Assembly: GCF_004010195.1 (NCBI RefSeq)
Contig: NC_057718.1
Span: 17,337,875-17,401,874 of the forward strand
DNA: 64,000 nt
Source: Chiloscyllium plagiosum
Lineage: Eukaryota
Direction of reading: 5' to 3'
Shown: piece after piece, positions 24,546 through 38,242 of the stretch
Layout of the letters: every line of letters starts with the position of its first letter
How positions within the stretch are numbered: position 1 is the first letter of the stretch
The notes under the pieces: generated by a model
What the model was told of the DNA's origin: nothing
The model's database searches: none
The model's input: the letters and a program-made list of their open reading frames with translations, nothing else
Position numbers and translations under genes: made by a program

Positions 24546-26332
24546 GTGTGAATTGTTTCATTTTTTATTCTTCCTTTCCTTTCTGGCTCTCATTCACATT
24601 TGTTCATTTTTTTTTGCACCGGTTCTTTGTTATTCCTTTCCATCTTCTGTTTCTCCTTTCTGTGTGGTTATTGTTTCTTGTACACTTTTAAGCTTCTTGT
24701 TAACTTGTTCAGGTTTTATCTTCAGGTATTTTTAAAGATGTAGATTGACTGACAACTTTTAATTCATTTTCAAAACGTCTTGTTTTCCTGACATAGGTTT
24801 AATAGATCTTGCTTTTCACATTGCTGTGTTTACACTTATGTTTTAGTCTTTCACATCCCTGAGTTTTGTATAATCTGTACATTATAAATCTGTAAATACA
24901 GTTTAATCACTAGAATATTGATAAATTGCAACCATACAAATGTGAAACTTCCAAAAAGTCAAAAATTATGGACTTGAAACGAGAATTGTAAAATCTTTCA
25001 GAATAGGAAGCCATCTAAACTATCTTCTTAAGAGTTATTTACCTAGTTCTTTGTATTTTAATAGTTTTGGAGGCCATCATTGGAAGTTGATGAGTGTCTT
25101 TCTAATGCTAAAGTTGGCATTAACAAATAGCAATTGCATTTTTTAAAAGTGAATGACACTATCTTCTATTCTATATTATATGTAGCTCTACAGCATGCAT
25201 TGCTGCATCTAAGCTGGCTAGCCCAATGTCTTGTCTTGCTGAGGGATTTGAGAGGCCTTAATCTGGATATTTTCAGATTACTTTTTGTGGAATTTTGCTA
25301 TGTACAAATTAGTTGTGTGTTTCTTGTTTATTGTGTTTTGATGCATCAACAGTTAAAAGTAGATCATTTTTTTGCAAATGATTTGAGTCATCCTGAGGTA
25401 GTGAAAGGCACTGGATCAACCCAAGTCCTATCTCTTTTTTTTCCCCCAGTTTACTGTCCTGCGACAGTGATTACAGGTGTGGCACTTAGCATAAATCATT
25501 TTTCAAAATAACCAGAGTATCATCGTTAATTAGTCCAAAAGTTATTTGAGAATATAATTAAGGTATCTATTCTGTTATTTCAGAGCACTAAGCCAAGCGT
25601 TGTGAGACATGTTATTCAAGGTCATTCGTTATTGTTTTGGGTTTACTTGACCTACAATATAACTCCAGTATTTCCCAGTTCCGTTTTCTCAAATCTCACC
25701 ACTTCTCCAGCCACCTTAGCTTTACAAAATGTATCTCAGCAAAATGCTGTTGAAAACTTTTATGTTGCATGTGCATTATTTGAATCTTTAATTTTTGCTG
25801 CTTCAGGTCCAGTTAGCTGTCTTATATGTATAATCTTTTCCTCACATGGTGAATGGAGGAAGAAAGAGGCAACTAATAAATTTGATTGTACTAAATTTTG
25901 TAAGTTCCTTTTGGTATTTTGGTACCATTACTAGTTTTCCTGCACAATAAAACATGAGACCTTAAGGAAAAGGATAACATGAGGACTAAGCGGGGATTAA
26001 TATGGTGCAATATCACAAACCATCCAGCAAATGCTGTTGTTCAATGTAGCTTTTGCACTGTTTGTTTTGTTTAGATTTGTACTAGCTTGCAAGATGAGTT
26101 TTGCAAGCTGGCAGATGCTTGATTTTTTTCAGATGCAATTAGAATGTGGCATGGGAAAAAGAATTGAGGGAATTAATTCTCTAGATTTTGCTTTTTAATG
26201 CTTTATTTAAGAATTGATTGTCTGTGACATAATGATCCTGCAGGAGTTTCATTGAAGGCATTATTAATGTTTTGAGCAATGTTTTGACTAAAAACAAACA
26301 CTCATACACTAACGAAAGAGTATGTTGTGTCT

Positions 26333-26450
26333 GAGGCAAAAGTGAGTACTGCAGATGCTAGAGATCAGAGTCAAGATTGGAGTGGTGCTGGAAAAGCACA
26401 GCAGGTCAGGCAACATCTGAGGAGCAGGAAAATCGATGTTTCGGGCAAAA
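26333..26450 (-). mobile_element. Penelope-like family A 3' terminus truncated inside hammerhead stem II
   Basis: GCAGATGCTAGAGATCAGAG...GGAAAATCGATGTTTCGGGCAAAA, then unrelated sequence. Confidence 0.8.
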
Positions 26451-26671
26451 ACCTGGGGTTAACTTTAGGAGCCAGGCTGCCCAGTGATTTATTCAGAACA
26501 CCAAAATGTTTTTTGTGAAATTCCATAAGGTTTCTAATGTCTGTACTGTAGCCTTTCAATACTTTCCCAATACAATTTTTCTTCCTTGATACCAAAGATA
26601 TACATGGTTGATGCATATTGCCACACTTGCGGCTGTGTGCGTTGCAAATTCTTTGAGATTAATTTGTCTTA

Positions 26672-26802
26672 ACCTGCCCTAGTCCTGGGAGTGATTGATG
26701 GGGAGCAGTGTAGAGGGAGTTTTACTCTGTATCTAAGCCCCTGTCCTGGGAGTGATTGATGGAGAGCAAACAGGTAGTACCTATCATAAACAGGTAGTAC
26801 CT
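26672..26802. repeat. Short tandem repeats (about 1.5 units of GTCCTGGGAGTGATTGATGG... and 2 x AAACAGGTAGTACCTA)
   Basis: Direct repeats visible at 26683/26743 and 26768/26788. Confidence 0.7.
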
Positions 26803-27769
26803 AGGTACTAACATTTGGAACTTTGGTTGCCTACATTGTAGATTAATCAATGATTTCACCTTAGCTAGATTATTTATCATCACTTGTAGAAAGCATTTGA
26901 GTTATTCAGCTTTATTGCCATATTTTGTCAATCTAGGATCTAGGTGACATCAATTTCATGCTGAATCTACTCATTCTTGAGGTTACTTGCAATGCTTAGA
27001 CAAATTGGTGTCAGTCTTGTTTGAAGGAATGTAATGAACCTTTTGGGGCTGCACCCCCATGTTGTTTAATCTTTTAACATGATGTCTGGTGAGTCCTTGC
27101 TTTAGATTGATGCCTGCTGATCGATGCAATAATGTTGAATCATCAAAATGCTATGCTATCCTATCAGTATGTAGCAGACAATTTTGTTCTTACTATCATA
27201 ATCTGGTTTCCTCATGTTTGTTCTCTGAATCTAGTTTGCAAATACGAGAGCTGCACTTTTGAGGATCTGCCTATATACTAGATCAGGTGATATAACCTTC
27301 AATTATTTACTTTTATTGAAGAATTGTGGAAATCCATTTTGTATTAAGTGAATAATTGAGAGTCACTATAAGATAATAATCTGTTTGGTGAGAGGGGCAA
27401 GAATGCAAAGGGTAATGTAAAATAGGGACAAGTTTGAAAAAAACTAATGTAATCTGAACAAAAGATTAAAATCTGAAGTAACTCCAGGATACCTTGAGCA
27501 TAATTTTTAAAGATTTATTTCAGCATGGGATAGCATATTTCTTTTAATGTATAACTAAAGAATTGATTATTGTGACATAGGCAAGGTCATATTTTCTTGC
27601 CAATCATAGTCAATAAATCCATTATTTTGCAGCATCTGAATGTATTTAGTAAAATAATAACATCTTCTTTGAAGGCAGAGTAAACAGTTTTTCTTAGACT
27701 CTAGCAAGCCAATGTCATTCAAACAAATGAATGAATTGAAAATATTCTTTTTCACATTTGACTATTTCC

Positions 27770-27998
27770 CTCTCAGTGCTTTGCATATCCCTGGACTCTA
27801 TAGGCAATTTAGCACGACCAATCCACCTGACCTGCCCATCTTTGGACTGTGGGAGGAAACCAGAGCACCCAGAAGAAACCAATGCTGACACAGGGAAAAT
27901 GTGCAAACTCCACATAGACAGTCGTCCGAGGCTGGACTTGAACCTGGATCCCTGGTGCTGTGAGGCAGCACTGCTAATCACTGAGCCACCATGCTGCC
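27770..27998 (-). mobile_element. HE1/V-SINE type SINE
   Basis: Reverse complement GGGGCAGCATGGTGGCTCAGTGATTAGCAGTGCTGCCTCACAGC... Confidence 0.85.
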
Positions 27999-28394
27999 CC
28001 AGACTTCATAGAATATGAGTTTCCTGATTGGAACAGGTTAGAGAGTCCTGGTTGACAGACATAAACAGGAGTGTCAGCTCCTGGATGAACAGGACCCCTG
28101 ATTCTGAGCTAGCTGGGTCAATGCCATTTACTATGCACATGTAAACAAAGAGTGACTTGCTGATGGGATTCTAGCCTTCGTGGAGTTATCTCAATAACTA
28201 ACTCCTGTTTAGTGAGCGAAGCTGCTTAATAATAATGTTATGTATCTCCAATTGAGCAGTGTTCCTAATTTCTGTTAGAATGAAACTATTCCTTTCTTCA
28301 CCAGTATTGGGGAGTGTTCATTAACTGCAAATCACTGCTAGGCTTTACTTGGTGTTGGTGTTGTTGTTGTTTTAGTGACACAATGACTCCTTTG

Positions 28395-28640
28395 GGGCAA
28401 CTTTTTTCATGCAGAGGTAGTGCATGTATGAAATTAACTGCCAGAGGAAGTAGTGGACGCTGGTACAATTACAATATTAAAGGCATCTGGATGGATACAT
28501 GAAGAGGAAGGGTTTAGAAGGATATGGGCTAAATGCTGGCAAATGTGACCAGATTAATTTAGGATATCTGGTTGGCATGGAAGTATTGGACTGAAGGGTC
28601 TGTTCCTGTGTTGGACATCTCTATGACCCGATGACTCGTT
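28395..28640 (+). mobile_element. CR1 3' terminal fragment
   Basis: GGGCAACTTTTTCATGCAGAG...CATCTCTATGAC tail. Confidence 0.85.
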
Positions 28641-29516
28641 AAGTTTTGTGTCCATTCCTTCCATTTGCATGTGGTTGGTAGGCTATCTGGTGCATAAAGG
28701 ATTTCAATTAATTCAGTTGTGAAGTGGTGCAAATAACTCGCTGCAAGTTAATGAATACTTTAATGTTCCCTATTCTTAATATACTGTTGCATTTCCTTCA
28801 GATTTTACATGAATGCCTGATATCTATTTTACCTAAAATGAGTTATGATGATTTTGCCAAATTCTTGGATTTCCCTTTCTCTCTCCTTTTGATTGTAACA
28901 TATTCCTTTATTTGCATGTATATATGTAAGCAAACTCCTTAGAATATTTCCTGGGACATTGAATTTATAATAATTGCAGATTTGTGACTTTTGATGTCCT
29001 TCACAGCAGTTGTAATACACTGTGTCTCATTAATATTGTATTGATAATTCTAAACAAAGGGAAAGGTGCGATGGATGAAGGAGGCAGACGGAATTGTTGT
29101 TTTAGAAATATAGGATTTTTTTTGAAGATTTTAATGTTGGGTTATGATTAAATGTCTTTATCTTTGGGACATTTGATGCTCTTGTCTTTTTTTTTCCCGC
29201 CTCAAGTTGAAATTGAGGATTGAAGCCATCCTTCTTCCTTTTCTTGTAGAGTTGCTTAAGTTAACCCTGGAGGCACTTTCTCATTACTGCGGGAAAGAGA
29301 ATTCAATTCATATGTTTTCATTATAAATTAATTAAAGTGAACATCTGTTCAGTAACATTTCTGATAACCATATCTGGAGCCATTTAAAATTAGTTTCTGA
29401 TCATTTGTGAGGGTATTGTGTGTGTAGCAGATTTGGTTTTCGGAATAGTTTGAAGTGAACATTCAACAGCCTTTTATGCACTGTGGTTTAATATTAAAAA
29501 ACACACAGATGTGGCA

Positions 29517-31140
29517 TTCATAGAGCCATAGAGATGTACAGTATGGAAACAGACCCTTTGGTCCAATCCGTCCATGCCGACCAGCTATCCCAACCCAATC
29601 TAGTCCCACCTGCCAGCACCCGGCCCATATCCCTCCAAACCCTTCCTATTCATATACCCATCCAAATGCCTCTTGAATGTTGTAATTGTACCAGCCTCCA
29701 CCACATCCTCTGGCAGCTCATTCCGTACCCATACCACCTTCTGTGTGAAAAAGTTGCCCCTTAGGCCTTTTTTATATCTTTCCCCTCTCACCCTAAACCT
29801 ATCCCCTCTAGTTCTGGACTCCCCGACCCCAGGAAAAAGACTTTGTCTATTTATCCTATCCATGCCCCTCATAATTTTCTCCCATGGGGAACCTTGTTGA
29901 ACACCTTACTGAAGTCCATATAGATCACGACTACCGCTCTGCCCTCAATCATTTTTGAAGAAGTAACAAAAAGCTCAATCAAGTTTGTGAGACATGATTT
30001 CCCACGCACAAAGTCATGTTGACTATTCCGAATCAGTCCTTGCCTTTCCAGATACATGTATGTCCTGTCCCTCAGGGTTCCCTCCAACAACTTGCGCACC
30101 ACCGAAGTCAAGCTCACCGGTCTATAGTTCCCCGGCTTGTCTTGACCGTCCTTCTTAAACAGTGGCACCACGTTTGCCAACCTCCAGACTTCCGGCACCT
30201 CCCCTCTGACTATCGATGATACAAATATCTCAGCAAGAGGCCCAGCAATCACTTGTCTAGCTTCTCGGGTACACCTGATCAGGTCCTGGGGATTTATCCA
30301 CCTTTAACCGTTTCAAGACACCCAGCACTTTCTCCTCTGTAATCTGGACATTTTGCAAGATGTCACCATCTATTTCCCCACAGTCTATATCTTCCATATT
30401 CTTTTCCACAGTAAATACTGATGCAAAATATTTATTTAGTATCTTCCCCCATTTTCTGTGGCTCCACACAAAGGCCACCTTGTTGATCTTTGAGGGGCTC
30501 TATTCTCTCCCTAGTTACCCTTTTGTCCTTAATATATTTGTAAAAATCCTTTGGATTCTCCTTTAATTCTATTTGCCAAAGTTATCTCATGTCCTCATTT
30601 TGCCCTCCTAATTTCCCTCTTAAGTATACTCCTACTTTCTTTGTACTCTTCTGAGGATTCACTCGATCTATCCTGTCTGTACCTTACATATGCTTCCTTC
30701 TTTTTCTTAACCAAACCCTCAATTTCTTTAGTCATCCAGCATTCCCTANNNNNNNNNNNNNNNNNNNNNNNNNNNNNNNNNNNNNNNNNNNNNNNNNNNN
30801 NNNNNNNNNNNNNNNNNNNNNNNNNNNNNNNNNNNNNNNNNNNNNNNNNNNNNNNNNNNNNNNNNNNNNNNNNNNNNNNNNNNNNNNNNNNNNNNNNNNN
30901 NNNNNNNNNNNNNNNNNNNNNNNNNNNNNNNNNNNNNNNNNNNNNNNNNNNNNNNGATCTCCTTACAAGTTTGTTTCTCAATTTCCCTCTGACTATTGGG
31001 GTGTCTATAATACAATCCCAATAAGGTGATCATCCCTTTCTTATTTATCAGTTCCACCCAAATAACTTCCCTGGATGGATTTCCAGGAATATCCTCCCTC
31101 AGCACAGCTGTAATGCTATCCCTTATCAAAAATTCCACAT
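29517..31140 (-). mobile_element. CR1 LINE with APE and RT N-terminal fragments; large internal deletion at about 29875; contains a gap
   Basis: Minus ORFs WVELINKKG..LLGLYYR, NYRPVSLTS, MDFSKVFNKVPH, then a direct jump to MRGMDRIN...RNELP. Confidence 0.92.
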
Positions 31141-31739
31141 TTATGAGGCAATGCAATCAGTTGATTCTTTTCTAATTTGCCTATTTTAATGATGTAGTGT
31201 GGTATATTACAATGCGCGGATGTATTCTGATTTTGGCTGCGATTTAATTTTGAATCTCTCAAATATTAGGGAAGAGGAATATTTGTCCACTGTGTACACC
31301 CATTAATACTTTAATTGTGAAGTAAAATTCTCTCTATATTCCCACAATGGCAGTTAACCCTAATTTCTATCAGCCAATCTTCTTGGATAAGTATATAATT
31401 TTCAAATTCTACTTTTGCTACATGTAGGCTCTTGGACTGCCAATTTGTTTGTATGCAAACACAGCAAGTGTTTAGGAAGGCAAGTGGAATATTGATTATT
31501 GAAAGGGAATAGAATATAAAAATAGGGATGTTTTGCTGCAGTCGAATAGGGCATTGGTGAGACCACTTCTAAAGTACTATGTAAAGGTTTGGTCTCCTTA
31601 TTTAAGAAATGCAGTAGAAGCTGTTCAGGAGAGACCCATTCATATGATCCCTCGGATAAGGGGATAATTCTGAGAGGAGAATTTGGACAAGTTGGATCCA
31701 TATCAATGGGAGTTTAGAAGAATGAGAGGTGATTTTTTA

Positions 31740-33175
31740 CAGAAGACTGGGGTTTGGCCACCGTGGTGCTACTGTTTCAGAAAGATGGTCAGGAAAAGCC
31801 AGGGAACTAGAGACCAATGAGCCTGACATTGGTGCTGGGCAAATTGTTGGAGGAAATCTTGACGAACAGGATGTACATGTATTTGGAAAGGCAAGGACTG
31901 ATTCGGGATAGTCAACATAGCTTTGTGTTTGGGAAATCATGTCTCACAAACTTGATTGAGCTCTTTGTTACTTCTTCAAAAATGATTGAGGGCAGAGCGG
32001 TAGACATGATCTATAAGGACTTCAGTAAGGTGTTCAACAAGGCTCCCCATGGGAAACTGATTAGCAAGGTTAGATCTCATGGATTATAGGGAAAACTAGC
32101 CATTTGGATACAGTACTGGCTCAAAGGAAGAATACAGAGGGTGGTGGTGGTGGAGGGTTGTTTTTCAGACTGGAGGCCTGTGACCAGTGGTGTGCCACAA
32201 GGATCAGTGCTGGGTCCACTACTTTTCATCATTTACATGAATGATTTGGATGTGAGCATAAGAGGTAAAGTTAATAAGTTTGCAGATGACACCAAAATTG
32301 GAGGTCGTGGACAGTGAAGATTAGAACCGTATCTTGATTAGATGGGCCAGTGGGCTGAGAGGTAGCAGATGGAGTTTAATTTACATAAATGCGGGGTGAT
32401 GCATTTCAGGAAAGCAAATCTGAGCAGGAGTTATACACTTAATGGTAAGATCCTAGGGGCTGTTGCTGAACAAAGCGATCTCGGAGTGGAGGTTCTTAGC
32501 TCCTTGAAATTAGAGTCGCAGGGAGACAGGATAGTGAAGAAAGCATTTGGTATGCTTTCCTTTATTGGTCAGAGTGTTAAGAGGGAGGTCATGTTGCGGC
32601 TGTACAGGACATTGGTTAGGCCACTGTTGGAATATTGCATGCAATTCTGGTCGTCTTCCTATCGGAAGGATGTTGTGAAACTTGAAAGGGTTCAGAACAG
32701 ATTAACAAGGATGTTGACAGGTTTGGAGGATCTTGAGCTACAGGGAGAGACTGAACAGGCTGGGGCTGTTTTCCCTGGAACGTCAGAGGCTGAGGGGTGA
32801 CCTTATAGAGATTTATAAAATCATGAGGGGCATGGGTAGGGTAAATAGTCAGGTCTTTTCCCTGGAGTTGGGGAGTGTAAAACTAGAGGGCATAGGTTTA
32901 GGGTGAGAGGGGAAAGATATAAAAGAGAGCTAAGGGGCAACTTTTTCTTGCAGAGGGGTAGGGTGTGTATGGAATGGACTGCCAGAGGAAGTGGTGGAGG
33001 CTAGTACAATTGCAACATTTAAAAGGCATCTGGATGGGTATATGAATAGGAAGGGTTTGGAGGGATATGGGCCAGGTGCTGGCAGGAGGGACTAGAATAG
33101 GTTGGGATATCTGGTTGGCATGGACGAGTTGGACTGAAGGGTCTGTTTCCATGCTGTACATCTCTATGACTCTGT
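31740..33175 (+). mobile_element. CR1 LINE RT/3' portion inserted into an older CR1 (about 31480-31735 and 33176-33530)
   Basis: RT motifs and a CATCTCTATGACTCT tail. The flanks read as one continuous older CR1 3' end (AGAATGAGAGGTGAT | TATAAAATTCTGAAAC). Confidence 0.9.
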
Positions 33176-34799
33176 ATAAAATTCTGAAACAACTTAACAG
33201 GGTGGATTCAGAAATGATGTTTCTCCTTTTGGTAGAGTCTCTAACTTGGGGATTTAAATGTTTTAAGGCTTAAAGGTCAAAGGTTAAGGGGTCTCATATG
33301 AGATGAGGAAAAGATTTTTCTGAGGTTTGAGAGTCATGTAGAATTTTCTTCTGCAGAGAGCAGTGAAAGCAGGATCGTTAAATATTTTTAATGTGGAAGT
33401 AAATAAACTCACTTGTTGATCAAGAATCTAAGGATATCAAGGACAGGCAGAAAGTACAGGCCACTGTCAGTTCAGCCGTGATATTATCAATAGCAAACAG
33501 ACTTTAGGCCCAGTGGCCTTTGCTAATGGATATATTGTGTGAATTATTGAGGTTCATTTTGTTTTGTGTCCTTTCCAGTGCTTGCATAATTGCATTGTAT
33601 CAAGTAGTGTGTTTTGCTTAGACTTTTGAGTAAAGTTCATCTACTGGAGGGTGGTCAGTTTGTATTTTGAAGCATTTTATTTTTCCAGAGCCCATTCCTC
33701 TGGAAACATTTGAGTCCACTTTTCTGTATGCTACATCAAAATGTTCTAGTTTACTTTTCATGTTTTCTATTGCTGATATTCTGCTTTTGATTTTATTTTT
33801 GCCTTTGAGTGAGGTGCCTGAGATTAAAGAACCCAGAAAATTCACTCGGGCAAGAATGGTGCTATTTCTTTATAATCTGCCTATCTTTGTATAGGGAATC
33901 ATTGTCTTGGAACTCTAATGAAATTTGCATTCTGTCACAGGCTGACCAGATGGGCTAAAATGGTCCTTTCTTCTCTTAATGCTCCCATTTGGAAGGAAAT
34001 TGATGTGCTGGAAATGGACAGACAGAATACAGTACAACTGCGGTCAGTTGTAGGCACTAATATCTATTTCAGAAACCTGAGATGGAAATTATTATCTTTT
34101 ATCCATAGAATATTTTTCTTCTGCGTTAGTGGTAGAATTGAAACAGTTTGATAATTTAATAAATTCAAAGGATTTTATTTTGCCCCATTCCTACTTCAAT
34201 CTTCCAGTACCAACCAAAATGATGGAAATAATTTTACGAGAATTCTCTGTATGGAGACATTTAAGATTGTCTTTTTCCTAATTGGCAAGCAGTGTGATTC
34301 ATACTGTAAGAGCATATGATTCGTGTTACATACCACATCTCATTAATCAGCGTTGCATTCTAGCTGCGACAAGGTGGCATTAATGGTTGAATGTTTGGGG
34401 ATTTCCATTTTGGAGGCCACACTGAAAAGTGGCATTTGTAGAATTGATGTGACAGTACCATTTGCATTAGAGATAGTATACATTTTGAGTATGTGCTGTT
34501 TAAAAATAAAGGATGCCATGAAGCAGAAGTCAGAAAATGCATAGAATCTGGTTGTTTAAGTCCTTACATTTATGTTATTGATGTTAGACATAGATGTTTT
34601 TGTTCCAGTAATTTTGTGAGCCACATTACTTTGTTCTAAAACAATGCTACCAGTAAAGCTGATAAGGGAATGGGTTGTTAACTTGTTATATTCTAAAAAC
34701 CTTCTAAGGTTGCAAATTATTTAAGTTAAACTATTTTATACTTTCACTACAATTGACAATTTTTGGGTTTTTAAAAATGTAAGCCATTATTCCTCACAC

Positions 34800-36322
34800 T
34801 TACGTGAGGAATAAGAGAATGGTCAAAGAAAAAGTAGGGCCGATCAGGGATAGCATCGGGAATTTGTGTGTGGAGTCTGAGGAGGTAGGGGAAGCCCTAA
34901 ATGAGTTTTTTGCTTCTGTCTTTACGAAAGAAACAAACTTTGTAGTGAATGAAACCTTTGAAGAGCAGGTGTGCATGCTGAAATGGATAGAGATAGAGGA
35001 AGCTGATGTTCTGAAAATTTTGTCAAACATTAAGATTGACAAGTCGCCAGGCCTGGACCAGATTTGTCCTCGGCTGCTTTGGGAAACGAGAAATGCAATT
35101 GCCACTTGCGAAGATCTTTTCATCCTTGCTCTCCACTGGAGTTGTACCTGAGGACTGGAGAGAGGCAAATGTAATTCCTCTCTTCAAGAAAGGAAATAGG
35201 GAAATCCCTGGCAATTACAGACCAGTAAGTCTCACGTCTGTTGTCTGCCAGGTGTTAGAAAGGATTCTGAGGGATAGGATTTATGACCATCTGGAAGAGC
35301 ATGGCTTGATTAAATGCAGTCAACATGGCTTTGTGAGGGGCAGGTCATGCCTCACAAACCTTAGCGAGTTCTTTGAGGATGTGACTAGAAAAGTTGATGA
35401 AGGTAGAGCTGTGAATGTGGTAAATATGGACTTCAGCAAGGCATTTGATAAGGTTCCCCATGGTAGGCTTATTCAGAAGGTCAGGAGGAATGAGATTCAG
35501 GGGAACATAGCTGTCTGGATACAGAATTGGCTGGCCAACAGAAGACAGGAGTGGGTAGTAGAAGGAAAATATTCTGCCTGGAAGTCTGTGATGAGTGGTG
35601 TTCCACAGGNNNNNNNNNNNNNNNNNNNNNNNNNNNNNNNNNNNNNNNNNNNNNNNNNNNNNNNNNNNNNNNNNNNNNNNNNNNNNNNNNNNNNNNNNNN
35701 NNNNNNNNNNNNNNNNNNNNNNNNNNNNNNNNNNNNNNNNNNNNNNNNNNNNNNNNNNNNNNNNNNNNNNNNNNNNNNNNNNNNNNNNNNNNNNNNNNNN
35801 NNNNNNNNNNNNNNNNNNNNNNNNNNNNNNNNNNNNNNNNNNNNNNNNNNNNNNNNNNNNNNNNNNNNNNNNNNNNNNNNNNNNNNNNNNNNNNNNNNNN
35901 NNNNNNNNNNNNNNNNNNNNNNNNNNNNNNNNNNNNNNNNNNNNNNNNNNNNNNNNNNNNNNNNNNNNNNNNNNNNNNNNNNNNNNNNNNNNNNNNNNNN
36001 NTAATGAGAGGCGTAGATAGAGTCGATAGCCAGAGACTATTTCCCAGGGCAGAAATGACTAACACGAGGGGTCATAGTTTTAAGCTGGTTGGAGGAAAGT
36101 ATAGAGGGGATGTCAGAGGCGGGTTCTTTACACAGAGAGTTGTGAGAGCATGGAATGCGTTGTCAGCAGCATTTGTGGTGGCGGGGTAATTGGGGACATT
36201 TAAGAGACTCCTGGACATGCATATGGTCACAGAAATTTGAGGGTGCATGCATGAGGATCAGTGGTCGGCACAACATCGTGGGCTGAAGGGCCTGTTCTGT
36301 GCTGTACTGTTCTATGTTCTAT
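34800..36322 (+). mobile_element. CR1 LINE, relatively young RT region, contains a gap
   Basis: ORF NYRPVSLTSVV...MDFSKAFDKVPH...SGVPQ, and a TGTTCTATGTTCTA tail. Confidence 0.95.
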
Positions 36323-36629
36323 AGTAGCAGATGGAATTTCAGCCCATCGAATCTGCTCTGCCATTCAGTGAAGTCATGGCCGATCTGAAAATCCTCAACT
36401 CCACCTTCTTTCTTTTTCCCCATAAGCCTTGACTTCCTTACTAATTTAAAATGTTTAACCTTTCTCAACATGGTTGTGTTCTTTTCCTTTTTAAACGTTT
36501 GTATTCATTGTGAAACATGCTCTTTTTTTTGTCTCTCTTTTATCTTGTTTCTTACTTTCTCGCATGGTAGTTTTTCTTGTCCATTTCTTTCTCCAAAGGG
36601 GAAGAGATAGGAAGATTTGGAAGCAGAGA

Positions 36630-36740
36630 GGGAAGGGCTTTTGCCTGAAATGTCGGTGTTTTTTAAACATTTTTTTTCTCTGCTCCTTGGATGCTGCCTG
36701 ACCTGCTGTGCTTTGCCAGCACCACTTTAATGTAGACTAT
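36630..36740 (+). mobile_element. Penelope-like family A 3' terminus starting at the hammerhead core
   Basis: GAAGGGCTTTTGCCTGAAATGTCG...GCTCCTTGGATGCTGCCTGACCTGCTG. Confidence 0.75.
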
Positions 36741-36775
36741 AGGTATTCAGTGACAGGAGGCTTATGTATACAGTG

Positions 36776-37407
36776 GGTGACGATGCATTGGCTTTAAGAG
36801 ATGAATTTTCTCCTGGTTTCTTTTCAAGGGAGATTGGAGGAACAGGCCCTGAGCAATCTGAGAAAATAAACAACTTGTGAGGCCTTGGAAGTTTTATTTT
36901 TAAAGGTTGGAACAGTAGAAGCAGCCTAAGTGGGGTGTGGTCAAGCTATCAAGGATTTTTAGTTAGCTTTCAACAGTTGCTGTTTGAGTCTCAACACCAT
37001 TAGAAGCTGCAGTAAATGTCTCCTGGCTGCTGCTACTCTGAGTTTTTGCTTGATGTTTTTTTCTGTCTGTCTCTGCTATTGGGTTGCATGTGAAAACATG
37101 ATTTCTGAATTTGCCTTTTTGCTAACTGGTGTTTGTGGAATGTTACTATATTAGAACAGTTAATTATTAATAGTTACTCCATCCAGTATTCTGTTAAGTT
37201 TTCCAATAGTGTTAAATCATTCTAAGTTTTTCTTTCATTTATTGTATTTTAACTGTCGTGTAATTATGTTTTACTTTATGTCAAGTCGTGACCAGTCGTA
37301 TTGCGTCTGGAACACAGCACTTTATATTTGCCTTTAAAATAAGAAAATGTTAAGGTCTAGACTACCACCTTAAAATATTTAGAGGGGTTCCAGTCTGGTC
37401 CATAACA
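36776..37407 (+). mobile_element. Solo LTR-like repeat, family L1 (copies at about 41790-42231 and 47390-47945)
   Basis: Begins (G)GTGACGAT and ends CTGGTCCATAACA; reverse-complement match to 47390-47945. Confidence 0.7.
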
Positions 37408-37497
37408 AGGAAATTGACCATTTGAACGAAATAGCCTGTGTCTCTGCTGGGATTCTATCAAAGGTTGTTAACTCAGTTGATAAACCTGTTTGACTAT

Positions 37498-37600
37498 GGA
37501 TGTAGGTTTGCTCGCTGAGCTGGACGGTTCATGAAAGGTTTCAGTGAGCAAACCTACATCCAGAACCCCAACCTGAGCTACAAATCTTCTCAAAAATCAC
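37498..37600. mobile_element. Miniature fold-back element, family D (probably Penelope-like)
   Basis: 22-bp arms 37497-37518 / 37541-37562 (1 mismatch), a 38-nt tail, and approximate TSD TGTTTGACTAT / TATTGGACTAT. Confidence 0.7.
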
Positions 37601-37626
37601 TATTGGACTATAGCCTGGTGTGATGT

Positions 37627-38242
37627 TGATGATCTGTAGGTCACTCGGTTCCGCGACGGGTCAATTAACACACCTGCAAATGACTCTTTTGTCTAACATG
37701 CAAACAATCATTTATTGTATGTTACAGTGCTGAGTTGGCAGACTCTGATTCACCCAGAAATATGAAAACTTGTTGGCAATCAAAAGAATCCAACAACCTC
37801 AGAGTTTTATATACATTATTCGTCATCAGACATGGAGCATGATCGCATAGTAACAACCAATCAATACATGATATCACTTCATGGGTAGTTGCTTGAACCA
37901 GTGATATTGATTAAGTCATAATGGTTTATGTCACCTTTGCAAAGGTTTGCAGCTTGCAAAGTGTGGTTTAGTATTTCCTCTATGAGGACTCGTAGCTTGC
38001 AAAGTGTGGTTAGTTTTTTATATAGCTAGAGACTAGCTGCAGGTGGTCACGTAGGCGCGGGGAACCATTTTGTCTCTAACTGCAATTTAGAATTAACCGT
38101 TATTTCTGAATTTTGGTGGAATTACATCAGTCTGCGGTTTCTTGTTTGTCTGGTTCGGTGCAATCTAATTTAGCAATGCAGAAGCTATTTTGTGCAGCTC
38201 CTTTATCCATTTTGTCCTACCTCCCAGAGGCCCATATCCTCA
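37627..38242 (-). mobile_element. Solo LTR (616 bp)
   Basis: TGATGAT...ATCCTCA termini with a 4-bp TSD ATGT (37623-37626 and 38243-38246). On the minus strand TATATAAAA (37805-37813) precedes AATAAA (37711-37716). Confidence 0.75.
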
